NCBI GenBank assembly: GCA_016748015.1
Contig: JAAOMT010000183.1
Coordinates: forward strand, 698,787-762,786
Reading direction: 5' to 3'
DNA length: 64,000 bases
Source of the DNA: Geosiphon pyriformis uo1
Lineage: Eukaryota; Fungi; Glomeromycota
Made by a program: the position numbers and the translations under genes. Shown here in pieces: positions 15,293-27,100 of the stretch; position 1 is the first letter of the stretch; every line of letters starts with the position of its first letter. The notes beneath the pieces are model-generated. The model saw nothing but the letters and a program-made list of their open reading frames with translations. It was not told the DNA's origin and did not search any database.

Positions 15293-15309
15293 TGGTGCTC
15301 CCTGTGAGG
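15293..15309 (+). promoter_or_regulatory. Primer binding site, complementary to an elongator tRNA-Met-like 3' end
   Basis: TGGTGCTCCCTGTGAGG; its reverse complement is CCTCACAGGGAGCA-CCA. Confidence 0.75.
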
Positions 15310-15338
15310 TTGTCAAAATTCACTTATTCCCTTATTGT

Positions 15339-16892
15339 ATGGGTAATTACTCATATCTGCCACAGTAATTAGAAGAACACTTTGTAGCATACAACAGAAA
15401 CGACCAAAGTTTTATTGAACTTAATCCTCTGCCCTTCTGCTTGATCTGCTTCCCCCTTGAAAAACAATCAAGTAGACAATTCCAAGACTTTTGGAACTGG
15501 TTCCTGAATGAGCATTCAGCTGAAACCTACACAGCTTATACAACCTATTACTTTGACCAAGCTTATTTTGAAAACGACTTTGAAGAAAGAAACAACAGTA
15601 TCAATCAGTTCTTATATTCTGCAACCTTTGAACAACAGCCCCCTGATTTCGAATATCTAAATCATCAAATCCACATTTGGATTGCTGCCCATCAAGCAAC
15701 TGAAACTCCCTTTGAAACAGAAGAAGAAAGCTACCAAACTGCCCCTGTTTTTGATCTTTTATCAAGCGAATCAGGTTCGTCTACACAAACAGTTACTCCT
15801 GAACCAATGGCTAATGACCCCATGCAAGCAAACATTCTGGCCACCCTCCAAGATATACAAACTGCTCTAGGGCGAAGAAACAACACCCCAATACCATTAT
15901 TTAGAGGTAATGCACAAGATCCAATTGAATAGTTGGATGACTTTGAAAGAGCCGCTACAGCCAATTAATATGATGATGAGTACAAGTTTCAAATTGTTGG
16001 TGACTACCTTCAAGGATCCCCTGCTACCTGGTTCTCACAAGAAACAGATACCAATGCCCAGCAAAAAATTGTTAGATGGACACCAGCAAATGTGGGAGAA
16101 ATCAACACTTCTTTCACTACCTGGTTTGAAAACAAGTTCAGAATCCCAATATTAATATTAAAATGGCATATGAAATTGGAAAGAAGAACCCAAGGTCCCA
16201 GTGAAATTGTAACCGAATATGTCAAAACAATCAAAAAGTTAATCAAACGAGTAGACACTGGAAGAAATTGGACAGAAGAGCAGAAAATTCACTCCTTCAC
16301 AAAAGGATTGAGAACTGATCTATCATATGCTCTTTGGCCCCTCCTGGCCCTGAAAGATAATTCCACCATGGATATGGCCATTGAATTAGCACAAAAAATT
16401 GAAGACAACCAAAAGATGCACTTGGGATCCACACTACTAGTTTTTGCTCCTGTTCCTGTTATGGCTCCTGCCCCTCAAATGGCTGCTACTTCTTTTGCCA
16501 CTCACATTCAAGATCCAAATGAACAGTTAATAGACAGACTCACAGCAAATCTTGCTCGGTTATTAGAACCCTTAGCCCAAGCAGTCAGAGAAAATCAGCA
16601 ACCACAAAGACCCAGATTTGAACCAAACTTCAATCAGCCCCAGCAACCACCTTATCAAAGACAACAAAATTGTGGCCCACCTGTATGCTATCACTGTGGA
16701 TTAACTGGACACTTTTCAAGAGATTGCAACAATCCTCCACTGCTTCCACCAGTCCCCAGAAACAATGATGCTCAGAATAACAGGATTAACAACAACAATG
16801 TGCCCAACCAAAGACCTAATCATGCCAACATCAATTTCTTTGGAGAGGATCCCCTAGTTGAAGCCACTGTTTATCAGCCTTTAAACTGGTAG
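15339..16892 (+). pseudogene. gag: gag of D (capsid plus CYHCGLTGHFSRDC zinc knuckle), a few nonsense changes
   Basis: ORFs at 15441 and 16092 share the frame of ATG 15339. Confidence 0.9.
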
Positions 16893-16917
16893 GCACACCT
16901 CCAAAGGGTGAGAGTGC
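16880..16917 (+). promoter_or_regulatory. -1 ribosomal frameshift signal (T TTA AAC plus downstream hairpin)
   Basis: Heptamer is in X XXY YYZ phase, gag stop follows two codons later, and the -1 frame is open into the PR ORF. Confidence 0.75.
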
Positions 16918-19369
16918 AAGCCAACTAAGAGAAAACCCCTTTTACACTTTTAACTTAACTAATGATGACCATGACATGGATGAATTAGCAATTAACCCCT
17001 CTGAATCCAAAAGAAAGAAGAAGAAAGCCAAAGTTGATTTCGTTCTAGACCCCAATAAAGCTTCTACATCAACTACTGACAACAATGAGCCCCCAAAAGC
17101 CAAAGTTTTCAAGAACCCTCCAAAGTTGGAACCCCCAGAAATAATACAAAAATCCGATCCCTATTCTGTTGTCAAAAACCTTATGGAAACCCCAGCACAT
17201 ATAACCTTTGGCCAATTGATGACCCATCCACAATTCAGAAAAGATCTTCGCAAATCCCTGATTCCAAAGAAAAAGACACCCAAAACCAACAAATGTCCTC
17301 GCCAAGCTGGACTTGCTGACAATAGCAATGTCACTCTTCTAATTTGTAAAGCCCAAGTGGCTGGCTACTTCATTGATTTGATCCTAGACAGTGGATCATC
17401 TGTTAGTGTTATTGCCAAACATTTTTTTGAAGCAATTGGCAGAAAAATTAATGAACCATCCACACGACCAATGACCAATGTGCATAGTGATAAGAAAAAA
17501 GGGCTTGGCATAACCAAAGCTATTCCTGTCTATATTAATGGCATCAGCATTAAAACTGATATGGAAGTGTCTGAAGCAAAAGAATACATCATCATTGTTG
17601 GCAATGAATGGCTCAAAAAAGCAAAGGCTTTGCTTGATTATGAACTCTGTGAACTAACCATCAGATGTGGTGAGAAACCCATTGTGGTTAAGTGTCACCA
17701 TTGAACAACTCCCCCAGTACCCAAGCAGAGTCCAGAAGAAAATGAATCAGATGAATCAGATGATGAAGAAAGTGAGGAAGAAGAAGAACAAGAAGAACAA
17801 GAAGAAACTGCTGAACTCACCTATACCATCTTCACTAGCAATGGCAAACCACTGGATAATGTCAAGGCAGATAAAGAAGGAATTATTGTCAATGGCAAGC
17901 TGATCTGCTGGCCTTATTATGACATGCTCAGAAGAACCTTTGACAGAAAGCCAGGCAAGAAAGCCAAATACAGTTATTGGTGGCATAGTCCTTGTGCCCG
18001 GTGCTAGTGCGACAAACCATTGTACTCTCCTAGCGATGAATGCATGTTCTGCCTGATTTATTACAAAGATTGGGAACCAATCAGCTTAATACCCCGAGAG
18101 GAAATAAAAGAAGTCCAAAAGTTCTTTGAAAACAAACCACCTGAAATCCAATTACTGGTTGTAAAACAAAGAGAATCCTCTCCAGAAGAATGAAAAGTAG
18201 ACATTGAAAACCTGCTGGCTAGAAACAACCCAGTTATCTCAAAAGAAGGTGAACCTCCTGGACGTACACATGTGATACAACACACCATCATCACCAGAGA
18301 AACTCGCCCCATTCATTTGAAGCCCTATCAATCTAACAGGCACAATGATGAGTTTATAAAAAAGGAAATAACCCGAATGAAAACCCTTGGATTCATACAG
18401 GAAACCAAGAGTGAATGGGCATTCCCAGTTGTAATAGTATCCAAGAAAGGAGGAACCCTACGCTTTTGTGTTGACTATTGCCAATTAAATGTCATTACTG
18501 AAAGAGACATATACCCACTTCCCAAGATTGATGCAATGCTAGACCAATTCTATGGTGCCACTTTCTTCTCAACCATTGACTTAACTGCTGGATTCTGGCA
18601 AGTAGAGATGGATCCAGAAAGCAAAAAGAAAACTGCCTTCATTACCAAGTATGGTACTTACGAATTTACAGTCATGCCTTTTGGTCTTACAAATGCTCCT
18701 TCCACATTTCAACGCTTAATGGACAAAGTATTTGAATCAGTAAAAAAAAACTTTGTTCTAGTCTACTTGGACGACATAATGGTATACTCAAAAACCTGGG
18801 ATAAACACCTTGAACATTTGCAAAAAGTTTTTGACCTCCTTAGAAATGCTGGTCTCAAGATCAATCCAATTAAATCATTCTTTGGACATCAATCCACTCA
18901 GTTCCTTGGCCATCTTATTACAAAAGATGGAATCTTCCTTGTTCCAGCCAAAATTGAAAAAGTTCAAAACATTAGACAACTAATAAATGTTTATAAACTA
19001 CGCTCTTTTCTTGGTTTGGTCTCTTATTATCGCAAGTTTGTCAAGGATTTCTCCAAAATCGCTGTTCCTCTCAATCAGCTACTTAGGAAAAACATCAATT
19101 ATTACTGGGGCACTCATCAACAAAAAGCATTTGAAATTCTGAAGGAAAAACTGGTTACAGAACCCATCCTCATGCAACCTAATTTGGATCAACCTTTTAT
19201 CCTCCATACTGATGCATCTGGCTATGGACTTGGTGCTGTTCTTTCCCAAAAAGATGAAGATAACAGAGAACACGCTGTAGCATATGCCAGTAGAACTCTC
19301 ACACCAGCAGAAAGGAACTACTCAGTTACTGAGCAGGAATGCTTAGCAGTAGTTTGGGCTACCAGCTAC
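16886..19369 (+). pseudogene. pol: pol of D: PR-RT-RNase H (runs into assembly gap)
   Basis: ILDSGSS, LRFCVDY, MPFGL, YLDD, TDASG, EQECLAVVW all in one frame. Confidence 0.93.
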
Positions 19370-19637
19370 NNNNNNNNNNNNNNNNNNNNNNNNNNNNNNN
19401 NNNNNNNNNNNNNNNNNNNNNNNNNNNNNNNNNNNNNNNNNNNNNNNNNNNNNNNNNNNNNNNNNNNNNNNNNNNNNNNNNNNNNNNNNNNNNNNNNNNN
19501 NNNNNNNNNNNNNNNNNNNNNNNNNNNNNNNNNNNNNNNNNNNNNNNNNNNNNNNNNNNNNNNNNNNNNNNNNNNNNNNNNNNNNNNNNNNNNNNNNNNN
19601 NNNNNNNNNNNNNNNNNNNNNNNNNNNNNNNNNNNNN
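19370..19637. other. Assembly gap (N run)
   Basis: 268 N. Confidence 1.
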
Positions 19638-20756
19638 AGAGAAATTGTGATCTACAATATGCACACTGATCCATTAGCTGGACACTTTGGAAAAACAAAA
19701 ACAATTCAGAAAACTTTAGCTTGCTATTATTGGCCTACCTTGGGAAAAGACATTGCTGAATACATCAAAACCTGTAATACCTGCCAAAGAAGAGGAAAAC
19801 CCAATTACAAGGAAGATATCCATCCAATTTCTGTTGGTCAACCATTTGATAGAATTGGTATAGATGTTGTTGGACCTTTAACAGTAACTCCTGATGGCAA
19901 CAGATACATTATCACAGCTACCGACTATCTTACAAAGTGGATAGAAATAAGAGCCACCCCAGATCAAACAGCAGTCTCAATTGCCAATTTTATTTATGAA
20001 GATATTATCTGTTGCTATGGCTGCCCCAAAGAACTTTTATCTGATAGAGGAAGAGCTTTTTTCAGTACACTGGTTGAAGAACTTTGCAGAAAAATGGGAA
20101 TACATCATAAACTCTCTTCCTCTTATCACCCCCAAACAAATAGTCTAGTGGAATGTTTTAATAGAACACTATGTAAAACCCTAGCCAAAACCAGTGAAGA
20201 AACCAACCTATGGGACAAAGTATTGCTTTCAGCCTTGTTTGCTTACAGAACTGTGAATCATGACATAACAAGTTATGAACCCTTTTATCTACTCTATGGA
20301 CAAATGGCAACTCTACCAATTGAAATGGATATAGAAACAATACCTTTTGAAGAAATAACAATAGGAAATTACAAGAACATTTTGCAAAGAAGACTTGGTA
20401 CCATTCTTGACTCATTAGTAGAAGCACGGATAATTGCCTTTGAAAAGATAAAACAGTTCCAAGAGAAACTCAAAAAGAAAAAGACCTATAAAACACTTTC
20501 CTTAAGTATTGGTGACTTAGTTTTGGAATACCGTTCAGACAGAGACAATGTCTATGGTGATAAATTCTCTAGCCGGTGGAAAGGACTCTTTATAGTCAAC
20601 AAAGTTTTGAACAATAGTTCTTATATCTTACAAGATCAATATGGAACAATATTCAGTGATCGCCCTGTTCATATTATGCAACTCAAAAAATATCACAAAC
20701 GACCTGATTGGTTATCTGTTATGATAATACCAACCCAAATGATCAGCAAAAATTAG
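19638..20756 (+). CDS. Integrase of D (HHCC, DDE core, GPY/F-like C-terminus); N-terminus lies in the gap
   Basis: MHTDPLAGH..CNTC, GIDVVGP, SDRG, YHPQTN..VE. Confidence 0.92.
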   Translation, partial: REIVIYNMHTDPLAGHFGKTKTIQKTLACYYWPTLGKDIAEYIKTCNTCQRRGKPNYKEDIHPISVGQPFDRIGIDVVGPLTVTPDGNRYIITATDYLTKWIEIRATPDQTAVSIANFIYEDIICCYGCPKELLSDRGRAFFSTLVEELCRKMGIHHKLSSSYHPQTNSLVECFNRTLCKTLAKTSEETNLWDKVLLSALFAYRTVNHDITSYEPFYLLYGQMATLPIEMDIETIPFEEITIGNYKNILQRRLGTILDSLVEARIIAFEKIKQFQEKLKKKKTYKTLSLSIGDLVLEYRSDRDNVYGDKFSSRWKGLFIVNKVLNNSSYILQDQYGTIFSDRPVHIMQLKKYHKRPDWLSVMIIPTQMISKN

Positions 20757-21469
20757 ATATAAATAAATACACTATTCCCAAAACAGAGGTATTTTCAATC
20801 GACATAAACAATTATTTCCTGGATCAAAACATTCAAAACATTCAAAACATTTTCTATACTCTCCATAAGTACTGGATCAAGAACTATCCAAATGCTACTC
20901 TGACTATTGGAAAACAAACCACTATAACAGACAACAATGAAACTCACACTGTTATTAGACCAAAGAAAACAACTACCAGAAGAGAAAAAATTGGTGGCAA
21001 AATGGATAAATACCTGCTGGAAAGCATAACAACAGTAATACTTTCACCTTCCAGCACAATTGGAAAAACAATACAAAAAATCTTGCCCATAGACAAAAAC
21101 TTGTCATATAGAAGACAACTAGAACTCTATGGTTGTCTTGGTGAAATCATAGAAGACATGAAGCTCATGAAGAAAACAACTTCAGAGATACAAGTGGAAA
21201 TTTTGGGCATTATACGTTTAGATGTTCCAAGAGTTTTGACTATTGCAAAAAGAGCCAGAACTCTTATACAAAAATTTGGTCTCTTGGATACAAAGCTTAT
21301 TTTGCCTCAAGTACTATATACTCTATCCACAAAAGACTTCAACAAACTAGTTAGTTTTGAGTTAGACAAAACTCTTTACATAGACTATCCTATAAATAGT
21401 TTGATTTTGCTGGAGCTCAACCTCTTTGAAGAGGATGATGTTATGGTTGAAACACATAGTTTTTATTAA
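20708..21469 (+). CDS. ORF3 accessory protein of D; open frame that reads into the 3' LTR; start codon uncertain
   Basis: 253-codon open frame between IN and LTR, similar to ORF3 of A and F. Confidence 0.75.
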   Translation: MVICYDNTNPNDQQKLDINKYTIPKTEVFSIDINNYFLDQNIQNIQNIFYTLHKYWIKNYPNATLTIGKQTTITDNNETHTVIRPKKTTTRREKIGGKMDKYLLESITTVILSPSSTIGKTIQKILPIDKNLSYRRQLELYGCLGEIIEDMKLMKKTTSEIQVEILGIIRLDVPRVLTIAKRARTLIQKFGLLDTKLILPQVLYTLSTKDFNKLVSFELDKTLYIDYPINSLILLELNLFEEDDVMVETHSFY

Positions 21470-22116
21470 TTATCACATGTATTAGCCACTGATGTTATAT
21501 AATTAGCCACCCTATTTTTAGATAGTGATTGTTGACCTGATCAATGACCTGACCATTGACTTGATCATTGACCTGATCATTGACCTGGTCATTGACCATT
21601 TTAGATAGCTATATAAGCAATGATTCTCTTAGCTGTAGAAAGACATGATCAAAGTAATAAAATAAACAATATCAATTACTTCCTCTCATAATCGCTTATT
21701 CCCCTTTCCTTATCTTCAAGTATCTACTTGTTGGCATTCACATACCTTATCTTTTTCTCTTCTTGATTTGTATTTGTTAGAATTAGCCTGAGAAGCAATT
21801 GGCTTGCTCTTGTAATTTATTGAATAAAGAAACGATTGAAAAGTACAATGATACCTGTTATTGATTCTAAGAATCACCAAGTTGAGGCATAGAATAATAG
21901 CAGTGGTGTTATCTTGTTGACAATCACGGATTATTCCTCTATCTTCAGATTTAAGAAAAGATTAGCGACTATGATTTTTATGAGACTGATCATGCACATT
22001 GAATTCCTACTTATTCAATTTGCTCCCTTATTGTAATTCCTTCTTTGTTTATTTCCATCACCCTACAATACTGTTCTCCTTTACTATCCGTTAGCTTGTT
22101 ACTCCAACTCGTAACA
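21439..22116 (+). repeat. 3' LTR of D (678 bp) with an expanded 12-bp array
   Basis: Direct repeat of the 5' LTR plus 48 bp of ATTGACCTGATC-type units at about 21525-21598. Confidence 0.97.
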
Positions 22117-22307
22117 TTATTATTAATTTTAAATTAATTTTTTTAAAATTTAATTAACAAAGTTATTTAAAAAAAACTCTTTCCTTTGTCCAAAATTCCC
22201 AAAAAAGAGTCAAAAGTTTTTTCAATAGAAGTTTTTTTATCATTTAGTATGATAAATCAAAACTGTTCTTCGATTATGAGACTACTATTGGCTCTGTTAT
22301 TGCTGTT

Positions 22308-24106
22308 ATGAAGAAGACTATTATAGTTTCTGGTTTTAAGAATGGTTTCAAGGCGGTTGTGTTGAGAAAAAAGAGGAAGGGAGATGTATTGGCAGAGGGT
22401 ATTGATAATAGAAAGATTGCTGCTGAAGCTCTTGGTGCTCGTTTATGGAGTTCTAAGACAGGTGACACTACTGAGTCTGAAAGTATTGACATGGAGGAGG
22501 AGTGCTTGGTTGAAGAAACCAGTATTGATTATGGTGAGAGTGGTGCTTTTGTGGAAGAAGATCCTAATCAGATGCCAAAGGGTTTATGTGTAAAGACCAA
22601 AAAAGTGTTAAAGAAGCCTCTAGGTATAATTGATTATAGTACTGTCAATACAGATGATGACGTGTTAGATAATTTTTCTCTTCTTCCACCCCTTCTACCT
22701 ATCAAACCGACAGTTCAAGTGTCTGTTCGCAAATCCTTTGCTTTAGATATTGATCTTGTGATCATCACTGGGAAGTTTTTTCAGGAAAAATTGAGTTTTA
22801 TTAGGAAAATTTTTTTAGGTGTAAATGGTTTTGGGGGGCTTCTACTTTCTCAAAATTTGGTGAAATTATTTGTGCAACTTTCACTTCAGAAAAGGCAATA
22901 ATGGCTGCTGGGAAATTGGCAAATGATCATGGTATTGTGGTAAACACCAATCTCAAGCATTCTTTGAACAACTGTATAGATTGGGCAATTGTGATGAAAG
23001 AAATTTCTATGGAAACTTCTGTGGAGGCTGTGCATGCTGCTGTGTCTGAGTTTGGATTGATTAAGTCAATCAAGATGCAACTTATGGGTTTGTGGCAAAA
23101 AGCGATCGTCGAATTAGAAGATCAGAATCAGGCTGATCTTTTGGCATCCAAATAGTCTATTCTTATTGAGAAGAATGCAGTACGTGTGGCCAGGGCCGAT
23201 GTTAACAAACAGACATGGAATTCCAGGAACAAATTCAGAGTGCTGCTATACACTCTTTTTGTAAAAACAAATGCTCATGACTTTTGGAATTTTGTTGGTT
23301 CAGTTGGTGGAAAAACATGTGTTATTGATTGTAATCCTGTTAGCTACACCCATACTTGCTGTGCTACTGTTTGCTTTGGGTCTGAATCTAATCTGGTTAG
23401 TGCGATGGCTACCACTCCAGTTATAAAGGAGATTGGCCTTCACTGGTTCCACCCTACTTTGGCACTGTGCTCAGTCTGCAGTCTTTCTGGTCATACATCT
23501 CTCAATTGTGTTTTGGTTAAGATTGGTTCAATCCTGAGAGGCAGAAAGACACCTCTTTCTACTCAGAATTAGGTCAGATTGGTAACTATCTATGCTCAGA
23601 AATCCGCACCCATTTCTCATCTATTGGTCTTCAGTGGTAAGACTTGGGCATCAGTTGTTGGTGCTCCTCTGGTGTGCAATTCTCATGGTGCTGATTTACT
23701 TCTTGGGTCTGACAATGTTGGTAAACCTCTCCCTTTTGCTGCAGATGATTTGGAAAAATGTTTGGTTTGCATTGAAAGCAGTCTTGTCAGCCTCATGGGA
23801 CAAATTGGTGAGTTGGTTAAGAGATTAGAATTATTCGTGCCAGCAGTTTCTCAGCCTAGCCCTGGATGTCAGCTGCCAGTAACACCCTCATCACAGAATC
23901 AAGGGGAGGATATAGTAATGGGAATGGGTTTGGGTGATGCTACTAGTGACAAGACTGCTGCCATTCTGGGTTCAACTGCCTCACCTGAAGTTGTGAAATT
24001 GGAAAACATGTTGGAAGGTTTTTTTGCTTTGGTTATGATCTTTTCAGCATGCTTGGATGGTTTGGCTTTGGCAGATGGTGCTCTTCCTCTATCTCTTTCT
24101 CAATGA
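22308..24106 (+). pseudogene. LINE ORF1 (RRM-like region plus CSVCSLSGHTSLNC knuckle)
   Basis: ORF fragments at 22308, 22901, 23186, 23579; one frameshift near 22830. Confidence 0.85.
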
Positions 24107-27100
24107 GTGGTCTGGTATGAAAAATTGCTACGTGTAATGTTCATGGGTTGAACAATCCTGTGAAGCAAGATGATGTCATTTATTGGCATAAGGATATGAA
24201 CAATTTGGTTTCTATTTTTACGAAGTCGAAACTTAAAAGGAAAGTTTGCCCATGGTTGGCCGACAAATTTGATGGTGTTCAGGTTTTTACTTCTGGTCTG
24301 GATTCTGGTTTTTTGAGTGCTGGAGTGTTAATCATTGTGAATTTTTCTTTGGCAAAACATGTCTACAAGGTTTCTGAGGTGCCTGGTTGGCTCCTATCTA
24401 TCAAGTTTCTTTTCAAAAATAAACTTTCAGTGTCTATTTTGGAGCTTTATGCTGGTGTTTCATCAGTGATTCAGTTTTCTCAGGCTGGTGAGATCAACTC
24501 TCTCATTGCTAAAGCCATTAATAAGTCTTCTTTTGTTATTCTTGGTGGTGATTTTAATGAGAATGGTTCACACAAATGTGCCAGTTTCAAAAAGTGTTTT
24601 GATTTGGGTTTGATTAACTCTTTGGGGGGGAGCTTTTTTGTGAAGTCATCTACTTAGTGCAATTCTCATGGTGTCACTAAAACAATTAACTACATGTTCG
24701 TTTCTCCTAATTTGGTTGGTGCGGTAGTAGATCATGGTGTGGATGGCATTGAGGACTATTTTGATACTAATCACAAGGCTGTTTATGTTTTTGTGGATCT
24801 GGGTGGTCTGCTCGATGTTCAATTGAACTCACTGCACAAACAAGCTAATAGAAATTGTTGGAAGTATGATATCAAAAATGCCAGTAAGATTAAGTGGTCA
24901 GAATTTAGAAATGCTACGGCTGCTAATGCTGTTATGTTCTTGGATGAGTTTGTTGTAGCTAAGCAGTTTTCTGATCTGAATGCAATATAAGACATTGTTC
25001 ATAAGGTTATAGTTCTTTCAGCTGGTGGAACATTCAAAAAAAAATGGTTTAAGAGTTTCAATTGTGTTTTTAATAAGGTATCTTCCCGGTTTCATAAACT
25101 GGAGCTACTTGTGTCTAAACTGGTAAAGGCTTCTTGGTTGGTTTCTGGTGGAAATTTTGCCTTGTTGTTGAATACTTAGAACAGGCTTAATTCTGTGGGC
25201 ACTTCATCAATGAAATCTCTGTTTCTTTCTGGTGCCGGTTTTAATGTGATCCGTTCTGGGCTGGCTAAGATGAGGAAGTCTTACCACTTTTCTAAGTTAT
25301 TGAAATCTAAGCATGCTAAAGAATCTCATATAAGGCAGGCTATTGAGAGGAGAATAGAGAGTTTTGAGGTGAATAAGGGTTACACCATTAGAAGTGTTTT
25401 GGAGCATCCTTTTTGTAAAGTGGTGTTGGATCATTTGGTAGATGGTGGAGAGTTGGTTTTGAAGCCTGATTTGGTTAAATCTAAGATGGATATAATCATG
25501 GAGGGTTGGACTAGGAAATGTGTAGTGGCTTCTAATATCTCTGGTGATTGGGCAAGGCAGTTTCGGCCTTTGGATCATGTCTTTGATGGTGCCTTCTCTG
25601 ATGTAATGTATTCAATTGGCTTTGATAAGATGTTTGGTATTATTTTAAATTTGCCCAATGAGAAAGCAGTTGGTCTTTCTGGTATCACTAATAAACTTTG
25701 GAAACACTGTGACAAGTCAGTCTTGGATATGCTTTTGGTGCTCTTAAATTTTTGTTTGGGTTGTGAGTCAGTGCCTAGACCTTGGAGGAAAGCCTGGGTC
25801 TTGATAATTCCTAAATCTTACAAGTGGAAGAGGGTTCTTACAAATACCTGCCCTATTGCTTTGATTGAGACAGCTCGTAAGGTCCTTTCCAAAATTCTTT
25901 CAGATCAGATCTCTCTGGCTTGTAACACTTTTGATGTTCTCCGTGGGGACAATTTCTCTGTTCTGAAAAGTATGTTTACTCAATCACCTATCTTCGTTAT
26001 TGGTTCAGTGATTGAATATGCTTTGGAAAAGAACCAAAAGTTGTGGCTGGTTTTACAAGATATGCGCAAAGCTTATAATTCTGTTGGTTGGAAGCATCTC
26101 AAGAGGAGTTTGATCAGAATCAAAATGTGTGACAAATTTATCAGATTTTTTGGTAGCATTCATAATGGTCGCATTAACAGAGTGATGACAGATTTTGGTT
26201 TGACTGATGGATATTATATTCATGATGGATTGGATCAGAAAGAGGTTTTTTTGCCATTTCTCTGGTGCATATTTTATGACTTGCTTTTGTGTGAGGTTAA
26301 GAGACAGGAGAGCATTTGTGGTTACAGGTTGATTTCTCATTTCGTTTCTAAGACTGGTCAGGTAGAATCTCAAGCTGGACTGACGTCATTTCTGGCCGCT
26401 GGTGCTTTTGTTGATGATACTATCTGAGTTGGTAGCAGCCAGGCTGCTACACAACACATCTTCAATGTTGCTAGTGATTTCTTTCATTTAAATGACATTT
26501 CAATAAACAATGACAAGACTGTGGCCATTTTTATTAACTGTTGGGTTGCTGCTCCTTATCTAACTATTAGTGGTACACCAATTTCCATTGCTAAAAAAGG
26601 TAAATCTCATCGTTATCTAGGGATTTTTTTATCTTCTAAAGGTTTTTTGAAGCTTAGCTTGGTTAAGACGCATTTGAATGTTTAGTTTTTCGTCAATCTT
26701 ACTCTGAGAAAAGTTATTTCAGATAAACAGTTTGCTTATTTGGTGTTTTCAGTTCTCTTTTCTATCATTAGCTACAGAACTCAGTTCAGTTTTATTCCTC
26801 TCAGTGTGTGTAATAAATGGAATGCTTTGATTTGCAAGGGCCTGAAGTCCAAATTTGGGCTGCTTTTGGACTTTTCCAATGATGTGCTTCATCATCTTTC
26901 CTTGTACAATTTAAAAACTTTTGAGCAGATTTAGGCTAAAAGCAAATTGGCTTCTGTTATTGCTTTTGCAAATTTGGTTGGTGTTTTGGGTTGCTTGTTT
27001 TCTCATAGATCTTATGATCTCCAGGTTCTCAGCTGGCATCCTCATCACCCTTTGTTGTTTCTTGTTTGTGTTAGAGTCAGTCCTTTAAACAACTTTTTGG

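Larger units (their letters stand above)
14657..22116 (+). mobile_element. Full-length Ty3/gypsy element D (no dUTPase); TSD TTAT
   Basis: LTRs 14657-15286 and 21439-22116, PBS, gag with CCHC knuckle, PR, RT YLDD, RH, IN, ORF3, PPT GAAGAGGA; TTAT at 14653-14656 and 22117-22120. Confidence 0.97.

Noticed and set aside
19339-19704. ORFs full of X spanning 19370-19637
   Set aside because: Artefacts of the N gap; the frame across the gap is uninformative
20708-21469. ORF3 as an env gene
   Set aside because: No signal peptide, furin site plus fusion peptide, or TM anchor visible, and it is too short
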